A DNA stretch of 64,000 nt. Source: Octopus vulgaris (Eukaryota). Shown here piece by piece: positions 52,835 through 64,000 of this stretch; the first letter of the stretch is position 1, and each line of letters starts with the position of its first letter. The notes beneath the pieces are model-generated. The model was given only the letters and a program-made list of their open reading frames with translations, was not told the origin of the DNA and did not search any database. The position numbers and the translations under genes were made by a program. The stretch spans positions 72,850,001 to 72,914,000 of the forward strand of contig OX597815.1 in assembly GCA_951406725.2 (NCBI GenBank). Direction: 5' to 3'.

Positions 52835-53799
52835 TATGTGTGCATACTGTACATATATGTATGACTGTGCGATAAGAAGTTTGATTCCCAACCACATGGT
52901 TTCAGGTTCAGTCCCACTGCATGACAATTTGGGAACGTGTCTTATACTATAGCCTTGGGTTAACCAAAGTCTTGTGAGTGGATTTGGTAAACGGAAACCA
53001 AAAGAAGCCCAATGTATGTATATCTATCATCATCATTGTTTAACATCCGCTTTCCATGTAGGCATGAGTTGGACAGTTTGACAGGAGCTGGCCAGGTAGA
53101 AGACTGCCCCAGGCTACTGTGTTGTTTGGCAGGGTTTTTATGGCTGGATGCCCTTCTTGACACCAAAATAGCCTGGAGAGCTATTTGATGTTTGTTGCAC
53201 TCATTAAGCTCCAGAGGAACTGTCCAACCCATGCCAGCATGGAAAACACACATTAAATGTGTGTGTGTGTGTGTGCATATATACATATGTATAATTATGA
53301 ATATTATGATTATTATTTAACACCAAGCTTCCCGAAACATCTGTCAAGTTGAGAAACTGTATTTTCTTCTTAGCATTCCGTATTTTTTATGGTCCTTATA
53401 AATATAGATGTATATGTATGTATGTGTGTTTGTCTGTCTCTCTGTGTATGTATGTATGTATATATATATATATATATATACATAATATATATGAAAAAGA
53501 GAGAGTTAATTGGCAAAGTCATAAGAATATTAGATTGAATGTTCTGTGGTATTTGTTCTGATTTCAAATCTCACTGAGGTGAGCTTTGCATTTTTGCCAG
53601 TTGAGCATCATAAAATAAAGTACCAGTCAAGTACTGGAGTTAATTCTGCTCCTCTCTCTCTTTCAAGCACAACTTTTTTCTTTGAGAAATATTAGCTGTG
53701 CTTAGACATGCAGAAGGATTGGCTCTGCCAGGTTTAAAATGCCAAGACACAGTGACACTGCTATGACTCCGCCAGAATTGAGAGCCCCACCACCAAGTG

Positions 53800-54200
53800 G
53801 GTGTGACTGCGTGATACAAAGTTTGCTTTCCAGCCACATTGTCCTGGGTTCAGTCTCACTTCACAGCTCTTTGAGCACGTGTCTTCTACTATAACCTCGG
53901 GCCAACCAAAGCTTTGTGAGTGAATTTGGTAGACAGAAACTGGAAGAAGCTTGTTGTGTTTATGTGTGTGCATGCACGTATGTGTGTCTTTGTGTCTGTG
54001 TTTGTACCCAACCACTGCTTGATAACTGGTGTGTTTATGATCCCATAACTTAGCAGTTCAGCAAAAGAGACAGATAGAATAAGTACCAGGCTTTAAAAAT
54101 ATGAAATAAGTACTGAATTCAATTCGTTCAACTAAAATTCTTCAGGGTGGTGCCCCAGCATGACCATAATTGAATGACTGAAACAAATAAAACTTAAAAG
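53800..54200 (+). mobile_element. Family-B SINE
   Basis: gtgtcttctactataacctcgggccaaccaaagc..ggtgccccagcatgacc. Confidence 0.85.
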
Positions 54201-54207
54201 ATATATA

Positions 54208-54753
54208 CAGGCATACCTCACCCTATGTCGTTAATTGATTGATTCCAGGAGACACAACTTAAGTCAAATTAACTTGTCTCTAGGCTAGGCCCAGCCGAAT
54301 TTACCCTGGGGCTTCAGATTTGTTATGTGCTAAAATCTTGTCCTTATTATGTACAATCATCGATACAGTTGTCTGATTCATTCTAAAAGATCGTGCAATT
54401 GCTGACACTTTTTCACTTTTTCCATGGCATTTTATCATAGCCCGATAAATAAAACAACACAGCTGATTTCATGACTTCGTTCACTAAGCCACACTACTTT
54501 ATGGTGTGTATTTTAACATTTACTGAATGTATTTTAATATGATTTTATTCTTATTTATTTATTGTACAATAACATGGACTTCATGTGCTTTTCATGGTTT
54601 TCTAGTGATTTTATGATTACAATATTTGTGGCGAACAGACGTAAAGTCGAGTAAAATGACTTTACTTGATTTTTATTTTTCCATGTATTATTTTTGAAAA
54701 CCAACGTATAAGTGAGGACTTAAATCAAAACAACTTAAGCAGAGGTATGCCTG
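54208..54753. mobile_element. Tc1/mariner (Tigger/pogo-like) non-autonomous DNA transposon
   Basis: TA-caggcatacctc (54208-54219) ... gaggtatgcctg (54742-54753)-TA: perfect 12-bp TIR with TA TSD. Confidence 0.85.
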
Positions 54754-54786
54754 TATATTTATGTATAATATATATATATATATATA

Positions 54787-55100
54787 AGACTCCCTTCAGC
54801 CATGGATGGCACCTAGAAAGTTCCCCTCCAAGGCACAAGTCTGGGCAAGGTTGTTTATAGAAGACCAGCAGTCGCCCATGCATACCAGCCTTCCCTCTCC
54901 ACGCCATTGATTTTATCCAAGGGAAAGGCAAAGGCCAACACAGTTTGGCACCAGTGACGTCACAGCTTATTTCTACAGCTGAGTGAACAGGAGCAACATG
55001 AAATAAAGTGTCTTGCTCAAGAACACAGCACACAGCCTGGTCCAGGAATTGAACTCACTACCTCATGATTGTGAGTACAATGCTCTAACCACTGAGTCAT
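54787..55100 (-). mobile_element. Family-E SINE
   Basis: Homologous to 8445-8740. Confidence 0.85.
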
Positions 55101-55613
55101 ATAATATACAAACACACATGCACATGTATGTATATGTTTGTGTGTTTATGTATATATATATATCATCATTTAACTTTCTCTTTTCATGTAGGCAATGAAT
55201 TCACATATTTCCTGTTTTAGGAGAACAGCAATTGTGTTCAGATGTGGAATAGTATAGTGAAGGGGTGAGTAACCTCTGTAAAGGTTATCCTTAACAGACA
55301 GAATAAGGCCAGCTGTAATAACTACATGAGTTATTCACTAGTGTTGGTGCCATGTAAAAAGCACACAGTACTCTCTGTAAAGTGGTTGGCATGAAGGGCA
55401 TCCACTTATATAAGTCCATGTCAAAGTAGAGATTGGTACAGTCCTCTGGTTCATCAGCTCCTGAGGAACTGTCCAACTCATGCTAGCATGGAAAACACAT
55501 TGTGTGTGTGTGTGTATAGCATGTGATTAAGTAACTGTGCACACACACACACACATATGTATATATATATCATCATCGTCGTTTAACGTCCGTTCTCCAT
55601 GCTAGCATGGGTT

Positions 55614-55645
<32 letters not shown>

Positions 55646-57254
55646 GGACGTGTTTGTGTATTCCCGTCATCTAAACATGTGCACACTAACTGTAAACAAA
55701 ACATTCCTGGCTGTTGGGCTAGGCATATTCTTTAACAGACTAGGGAAATATCACCTTACTTGGAATCAGGTGAACGTTGGCAACAGTGGGAGTGTTATGC
55801 TATAAAAGCAAAACCTGCTTTAACAAGTTTCATCTGACTCATCCTAGCACAGGAAATATGACATTAAATAATGACGATGATGATGATAACACATGCAAAT
55901 GTTAAGGTAGCAAGCTAGTAGAATCGTCAGCACACCAGGCAAAATGCTTGGTAGCATTTCATCCATCTTTACATTCTGAGTTCAAATTCTACTAAGATCG
56001 ACTTTGTTTTTCGTCCTTTCAGGATTGATAAAACAAGTACAAGCTGAGTACCGGGGTCAGTGTAACTGACTTACCCTCTCCTCCAAACTTGCTGGCCTTG
56101 TGCCAAAATCTGAAAGCAATGTGTGCAAATACTACTGTTTCTCATTGAATTGATTCTGCAACTCAATTAGTTTTTATGCCTAAACGCAGATTTATTTCTT
56201 TGAATTTTCCTTCGGAAAGATTATGAATTCTGGTCAGCTGCAAAGAATACTAGAAAATATATCATCACGTTTTAAGTTCTCTAGGAACCTGAAGAAGATT
56301 TAGGATCAAATTAATAAAATTACCTTTGAGTCAGGAGTCAAACTTTTAAGCAATTTACAGACTTTACAACAGGCACCAATCTCTGCCAGGCATTTTTCCA
56401 TAACGATTTAGTTACACCATTTCAATGAGTAGTAGCTGTAAATCGGAACTGGCTTTATTTCCTGGGAATCTCAAAGACAAACAAATATTCCTTTTAATTC
56501 AATTTCAACAGTATAATTATATATTATCATTATCATCTTCACTATTACAATAATAATGATATATTATGAATATTATTATTACTGTCCTCATCATTACCGT
56601 TATTATCATCCTTACCGTTAAAGGAATAAGAAATGTAATGACTAAGGGAGCTTTTCTTTCTAACTACAAAACTAAACTTCTTTTACGTCAGTATTTAGTT
56701 CAGAATGGGAGTGGTGAGACCGCAAAATAGCCTGGAGTGTTGTTTGATGTTTGTTGCACTCATTAAGCAGGCGCGTAATCAAAGGCATTTCAGCCGTCAC
56801 CATCACACTTTCTATTCAAGCATAATTCATCTAGAAATTACCCAACAGGTCTTTCATCTTTTAACTTGTTCATCACGATCATCATCATTTTACATCCGCT
56901 TTCCATGCTAGCAGGTGAATTAGATGTTTTGACAAGAGCTAACAGGTCAGAGGACGTCATGTCCAAATGTCACAGTTTTGGTTTGATTTCTACGGCCTAA
57001 TTTTCTTCCTAACACCAATCACTTTGCAGAGCGTATTGGCTGTTCCTTTCATGACACCAGCAATGGGCTACCGTGTAACTTTGCAAGATTGAAGAGCTCC
57101 CTTGAAGAGAAAGGATAAGAGATAGGTTAGACACTTTAAGCAGGACGTTGAGAGATTAAAGTACGATGGGGGAAGCAGGAAATGGGTTTGCAGTTTGTAG
57201 AGGAGGAGATTCATGGCTACTTCATGTTTTACATGAGTGGATGGGAGAGGTTGA

Positions 57255-57440
57255 CCAAGCCTGTATATCTGTGGAAATACGCTGCCTTTGTTTCAATTAA
57301 TTTTGAAAGTAATGAAGAATTTAGTGAAATAATTTTATCATTAAGCTAATGTTCAAAAGTTAAATTAACATGAAAGTTTGAAAGATTTTATCGTAGAAAC
57401 TGATGTAGTTTCAGGCAGGTTGATAGCAAAAAGTTTAAAG
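57255..57440. mobile_element. Degenerate MITE-like repeat
   Basis: gaaatacgctgcctttgtttcaattaattttgaaa...tttcaggcaggttgatagcaaaaagtttaa resembles a second TTAA-type MITE family. Confidence 0.45.
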
Positions 57441-59549
57441 ACTATAGCATGTGATGAGAGCTTTGATTGCTATTTCTAGTAGAGCTATCAACCATGTAGA
57501 AGTTCAGTCCTTGGCTCGTTTCAGTTTACACTAAATTGACTATTAAAGCTAATGTTAAACTGGTATTTACACAAGGCTCTGTTTAGATATTAATCAAGGA
57601 CATAGCAATATTTGGAGCATATCTAAAGTATTTTTAATATCTTTGTGTACATTTGAGGTTGGGTAGCAAGGTGGTGCTGGGTCCCCTAAATACCTCATAA
57701 TAATACGGAAAGAGAATACAGCTCTACTACAACCCCAGGCCAACCAAAGCCTTGTGAATGGATTTGGTAGACGTGCAGACATACAAACATATATACTTAC
57801 GTATATACGTATGTGTGTGTATATGTGTTTGTGTCTCCTTCTCTTCTTGTCACACGCTAACTACAAAACTTGACTGTCATACAAGTGGTGTTGTTCATTT
57901 GCAATCTTTGGTGAAAGCATGCCTAGCTATTGTGTTGTTTACGTTCAAAGGACTTGGAGAAATATTGCCTTATTTGGAAACAGGTGGGGGTTGGTGACAA
58001 GAAGCGTATCTAGGTGTAGAACATCTATGTCAACAAATTACATCTGATCCATACAGGAATGGAAAAGCGAATGTTAATATGATGGTTGCGGATTTCCTGA
58101 TAATAGAGTTAGAGTGCTGGAAGTACATTGTCAAGAGTTCCAAAATGTAAGAGGCAAAAAAATGTGGTTGCGTAATTAAGAGGATTGTGTCATTTAGTAC
58201 AGAATTTGGATCAAAGGCTACAAAGTACATAACAGAGGGTGAAAAAATACATGTACTAAATCATATGAGACGAATTGGAAATAAAAAGTTCAGAGAAGCA
58301 GAAAGTATCAATGACTCCATTTGTCACAGAGACATTGAAAGGTGTTACTTAAGATAAGGACAAATAGCATGGCTTTTCTGAAAAGAGCAGAAAATGTTTC
58401 AACTGACTGCAGCAAGAAAATACCATTTTTCACACTGAAACAACGATGCTTTCTGATTGTCGACAACAAACTTTTTTTTAATTATCAAAGGCTCAGCAAA
58501 TAAACTATTACAATCACAAGACGAGTGCTATAGTTGATCGGCAGACTTTTGGAACAACTATCGCTATTCCATGGGGATGGGAAAGGACAGGGAATTAGAT
58601 AATTGTCTCCAAATTTACTTACCAGTCTTTTAGTAAATAAGGTCTACGAGCTATTGACAACAGTAAAGTATCAAAATTATATTCTGTAGAGAGAGCAAAC
58701 CTGGTCCTATTTAGTTTAAAGAACATTATTCACTTTCACGTTGAAAGGTGCTTTTTTTTCTTTTATTTCTAATTTAAAGAAATGCAATTACCTTTAAATT
58801 GGCCCTAATAAAATCAAAGGCATAATAATTTCTTCAAAGAAACAAATATATTACAAGGCAAAATGCATGTGTAGCACAATTTGATTCTCAAGAATTAACT
58901 ATTACTTAGAATTAAGTCTCAGAATAAGGTCACTTAAGAACTTGTTATATCTATGTATGGAGTTGGAAGTAGAATTTAGACAATAGGAATAAAATGCATT
59001 GTTTCACAAAGGATTTTTATCTATTTTTTTTTTCCACTTTTAATCTTAAGAGGGCTAAGAACTATGATAACCCAGAAAGTGCTTGTTCAATCATAGCAGT
59101 CTATTAGAGTTAGTAAGGCGTAGTAAGGACAATACATGATTCTTACAACATCGTGCATTGTCTGCTGGCTCCAGAAAAATGTTTCAAGACATTCAGACAG
59201 CATCATTTTAATAGTGACATTTGTGTCCTAATTTTTATATAAACGGGTAGAGATAAAGAAAATTGGTTTAAAGGGGGTAATATGATGCATTTACAACAAA
59301 GAAACTCTGTGGTATTTTATAAACAGCAAGCAGCTCATTAAGGAAACGGTAGCTAGATTTTGCTAAGTTCGACCACGTACGTAATGTAATGGCCATCTAG
59401 TTTAAGCAACCTTAAGTAAAAATGAAGGACTGGAACGTAGTCGTAATTGTTGAATATGGCTGCACAGCAATAAATATGCGTTCAAAAGATAATACAAGAG
59501 AATCTGTACCAGAACTGCCATGCATTTATAAATATATACATATAACCTA

Positions 59550-60550
59550 TTTCGGCCTGTCGGCGATGGCTTAGTAGGGAACCGCCATTATATATATATA
59601 TATATATATATAAAATGTTCTTCATATTTCTAAACTAAGAATTATCGACAAAAAGAAAGGTTCTAAAACAGGCAATGGACACATGAAAAACGTTTTATTT
59701 TAAGAACTGAAATTTTATCATGGCCCTTTATAGAACGAGGTGACGTGTCTACATACAAAGTAAAACACGTAGAGTGGATGACCTTATAAGTGTAGGTAGG
59801 CTAGGAAGCTGGTGGTGCTTTTTCTTATCTTGGGACATTTGGAGGTGAAATGTCGACTACAACCTGGATCGGGTAAATTTGGTAAAAGACTGCTATGAGA
59901 ATAATGGAAATGGTATTTATTTATGATAACTGGCGGAAGTGAGTAGTTTTCTAAGTAAAAATACAAAATTTGGAATGGGGTTCAGTATGTAATAAATCGT
60001 AAATTTAAATTGATGTTTTTTTTACGGAGTTGCGAATAAACAAATATGGAAGGCTTCGTAAGTATTTTAATCAATTGTTAAATGCACTTTTACTCGCACA
60101 CACATGCAAACATACATACACATATACGCCAAAGTAAATGTTCAATAAACACACGTAATATACATACCATACACACACAGAAGCGTAAGATATTTTACAC
60201 ACCCACACATCTAAACATGACACATAATATGTGTATGTTTGTAAAGTATAAGCTTTAGTGAAGAAATATTAAACCGAGTTGAGAAGTCTTCCTTCAGCTT
60301 ACAAAATTTACACACACCTTGGGTTCGTCCATGTATTTAATTACATGGTCGCGAATCGAACCCATGTTCCTTTCCATCAAATACAGTATACCTGATTATT
60401 GTTATCATTACTGTTACCATCTTCTCCCAGGAGACTGCTCAGTCAATGAATAACATAACAACTGGATCAAAAAAAGGTCAACAGCCACAGGAAAATATAT
60501 CACTTCACATTCTTTAGGGACCGAAAATCGTTCACTTCCGGTGTTTTCGA
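59550..60550. promoter_or_regulatory. Candidate housekeeping-type promoter region
   Basis: ETS/GABP motifs GGCGGAAGTG 59932-59941 and CACTTCCGGT 60533-60542, YY1-like CCGCCATT 59582-59589, GTGACGT at about 59740; CpG retained. Confidence 0.3.
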
Positions 60551-61399
60551 ATCACCCAAAATGCTTTGCGTTTCAACGGTTAAAATATCATTAAATACTA
60601 AAACATAAAAAAAACCCTTGAAAATCCAGTTGACTGGCCTTATTAGCTAACTTCTGGATCTTATTTCGTTTTTAATTTCAAATAACCTTCTACTTTAGGA
60701 TTTAATTTTGCTTGCTATGAACATGTGTAAGTTCACGTGAAAGGTCTATGGAAGCTCTGAGCCATAAGGATTGAATGTTTAATAAAGGACAACTGATTCT
60801 CTACTAACTGAGGCACTTTCAGCTGCAGCCTGTTCTAAATAGACATAATATCACAACAATGGGGGACACATATATCATGTACAAACCCATAGCCACACAT
60901 GCGCACTAGAGGATATGTATATTAGTGTGTACGTGCATATATTTATGTATGTATATGTTTGTGTGTACGAAGATCAGAGGAAAGGGCAGTTTTGTGATAC
61001 TTTACAAAGCCTCTGAGACTGATGGAAGGGAGAGCGCGAAAGGTGTCCTCAAACCCAAAGACCTGGCCCGATTGCTTTGCAACTGAATGGACTTCAGTAA
61101 TGTCACCCAAGATGCTAGATTGTGATGCTAAACGAAATTTTATTATGTGTATGTGTGTGTGATGAAGAGAAAATATAGGTTTCAAATTCTTGCACAGGGC
61201 CAGTAATTTCGGGGGAGGGGCTAGTCGGTTACAGCAACCCCAGTGCTCAAAATTATGCTGTTAGTTAACCAGCTAAAAAGTGTATCTGTTGCTCCAGCAA
61301 AGCCTCAACACTGACGGCTAAAATAAACTAAAACATGACTCGATAATTTCTGATTGATGATGACTAGACAGCACTTTAAGTATCAATATTTTAAAACTG

Positions 61400-61970
61400 A
61401 ATGCAGTTTTACGCTTTTTCCCCTATTGCTTTCATCTTCCCGGTGATCGATAAAATAGAGTTTCTGTCAAACATTGGAGTCAATTTAATCGGTTACATTC
61501 ATCTCTACAAAGTGTGATTATATGAGAATCATTGATGCGATTAGAACCTTGAATGTCAGAACCGGTAGAGCGCCGAACAGAATGCATTATTTGCTGCGTT
61601 TTAGTTACGTCCCTTTACGGTTTGGGTTCAAATCCTACGAAGATAGTCATTACCGTTTTTGGATTTGTACTGGTCAAGTACTAGTGTTGATTAAATTGTC
61701 TGTATTTCATCCCCTTTAAAATTGTCCTTCCATATCGGGATCAGAACAAGTTGAAGTGTCAGACAAATACCTTGGGGCCATCTAGTTATGTCCCTTTATT
61801 TTCAAATACTAAGTTCAAATCCCATCGGAGTTAAATGTTGCCTTTCATCCCAACGAGAAATAACATTAAAAAAACCTTTAATATCTTAAGAGATTATTCA
61901 AAATAATAATACCCCACCCCCTATAAATCTGTAGTCTTGTGCCAACGTAAGAAGCCACCATTATAATAAT
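61400..61970 (+). mobile_element. Highly diverged family-A SINE copies
   Basis: gctttcatcttcccggtgatcgataaaat, agttcaaatcccatcggag, gcctttcatcc; CpGs retained. Confidence 0.65.
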
Positions 61971-62799
61971 TATCATCATATAATTTATAAACAACCTAAT
62001 TTTCTATCCTCGAGCTTGCACCAAATTTAGGCCAGTTGTGTTTGTAAGTTTATTTATAAATTCACTAAAATATAAATTGAATTTAATAATGTGCATCACT
62101 TACACTCAGAATAAGATTTAATCTATATATTTACATGTGCTTCCAGAAACAAAGGTTGCGTATGATGCGCAAAAATCATACACTCATAATAACACAAACA
62201 TACGTATGAGTGGGTGTGTATTAACGTCTACCTGTATATAATATTTATTAATGAAATTAATTGATATTTAATGTAATAGAGAGTATTTAAGAAAACATAA
62301 CTGTAGATAACCGATTAAACGATAATAAATAAACAAAAGTTGGTTTATATTTTTTAATTATTCGGAGACTAGTTTTCTCGGTGTCTGTTTAACAACGGAA
62401 ACACCCCCAAAAGTTTATTCCAATACAGACTTGCCTAGTTTATCTCTCTCTCTTTTTTTCTCACCTGCTACAGGTGTCCGTTGCTCTATTATTACACAAA
62501 CTACAGAAACATATCATTTTGTAATTCAACCTTAACACGCTCAAAGATTTTGCAAGTGTAAATAAGATTTGTTATTTAAGTAATTAAATTCATTAACGAC
62601 GAAATAACATTTGTGAGTGAACATTACAATATGGTTAAACACGTATGTATGTATGCATGTATGTATGTGCGTGAGTGTTTGCTATATTTACATATACACA
62701 TATGTGCATGTGTGTGTATACATAAAGTGTAATGATGTAATGACAAAAGCAGAGGTCAAACGAAAGTTCACATTCATACACATGGTAAATAGCGTGTTA

Positions 62800-62866
62800 T
62801 ATATATATATGCATATGCACACACATATGCATATAATGCATTGACATATATATATATACACACATG

Positions 62867-62944
<78 letters not shown>

Positions 62945-63007
62945 CACGCATATATATAAATATTCATTTATTTATACACACGCAAAAACACATACGTGTA
63001 TATATAA

Positions 63008-63087
<80 letters not shown>

Positions 63088-63090
63088 AAT
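62800..63090. repeat. (TA)n/(CA)n microsatellite block
   Basis: Long tatata runs. Confidence 0.95.
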
Positions 63091-63709
63091 TTTAAGAACC
63101 TATCATACATACATAACATCCCAAAGGAAGGGCTCGAATAAATTACAAATAATACATGTATTAATATATACGTAATGTGAACTATATTTCTGTAATCGCT
63201 TCTCTTGTGACTAAACCTTGTTTTAGAAATACACAAATACATTCATAAAACAGCGATTTCATCACCATTTATACCTTGATTAACCCCCCAGGTCAGCCCT
63301 AATCGATCGGATCTCATGATCAAAGGCATTGTCCTCTTTCTTTTTACAAGACAGTAAGTAGGGTGTGGTTTAATGGAGATTTGGGCGTTATTTCTAGCAG
63401 GTCGATTAACGGTGTAAAGGCTCGCTTCTTTGACTCGTCATCATTGTAAATTGTTTACTCTTGTATTTTCAATGGGTTCGTATTATTTTACCGGTGTTTT
63501 ACATTATTCGGACCGGGCTGATAATGAATCGTAGACGATGAAAAAGTACAAGCAAGACTAAAAGGTAAACAGATGATGTGTTTTGAAGGTAACGAACACA
63601 TTTCTACAGAGGACAGAAAAACTCAAAAATCCACGTACTTTATCAGAGTCCACAAGTTGTTTTTACTTCATTTTCAAGTTCATTGTGTGACATCATCATG
63701 CAAAGGACA

Positions 63710-63893
63710 TTGATGTCGATGATGATAGTGATGGTGATGTCGGTAAGAATGATGGTACTGGTGGCGGTGACGATGACCGATAGTAGTGGTGGGGTGATGT
63801 TGACGGTTGTGATGATGATGTTCGCGGTGGAAGCTGTGAGATATGATGTTGGTTGTGGTGGCTACTATGGTCTCGATAGAGTGTTAGTTATTG

Positions 63894-63927
<34 letters not shown>

Positions 63928-64000
63928 GGTGGTAATGATGGAGGTGGGTGTGATTATGGTAGTGATTGTGATGATGATAGTAGTGATCATGATGATGATG
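63710..64000. repeat. (GAT)n/(GGT)n degenerate trinucleotide repeat
   Basis: gatgatgat and ggtggtggt runs to the window end. Confidence 0.9.

Noticed and set aside
57600-57715. Minus-strand peptide ..KYFRYAPNIAMS, faintly like a transposase C-terminal motif
   Set aside because: Too short, contains a stop, and no flanking support.

Overview
This is AT-rich, microsatellite-laden eukaryotic non-coding DNA. The SINE and MITE families match those I recognise from octopus genomes, so the taxon is an inference. No intact protein-coding gene, true tRNA/rRNA gene or CRISPR array can be supported. The window looks like a giant intron or gene desert. It contains several tRNA-derived SINE families, two decayed RTE-clade LINE fragments, piggyBac-type and Tigger-type MITEs, Penelope-like remnants and (TA)n/(CA)n blocks. 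Five signals stand out. (1) The optimal TCF/LEF site AAGATCAAAG occurs 7 times in unique DNA, including an inverted pair flanking a helper-like GCCGCA at 3048-3081, which suggests a Wnt-responsive regulatory landscape. (2) A 499-bp fold-back retro-insertion (27041-27539) has a 12-bp TSD, a tRNA-like head and Penelope-type hammerhead-like motifs in both arms. (3) Sharp CpG-decay domains are visible inside the SINE copies. (4) Two composite, locally templated insertions have microhomology junctions. (5) There are candidate RNA hairpins and one strong orphan splice acceptor. Repeat coordinates are hand-read and approximate. SINE family letters A-G are my own labels.
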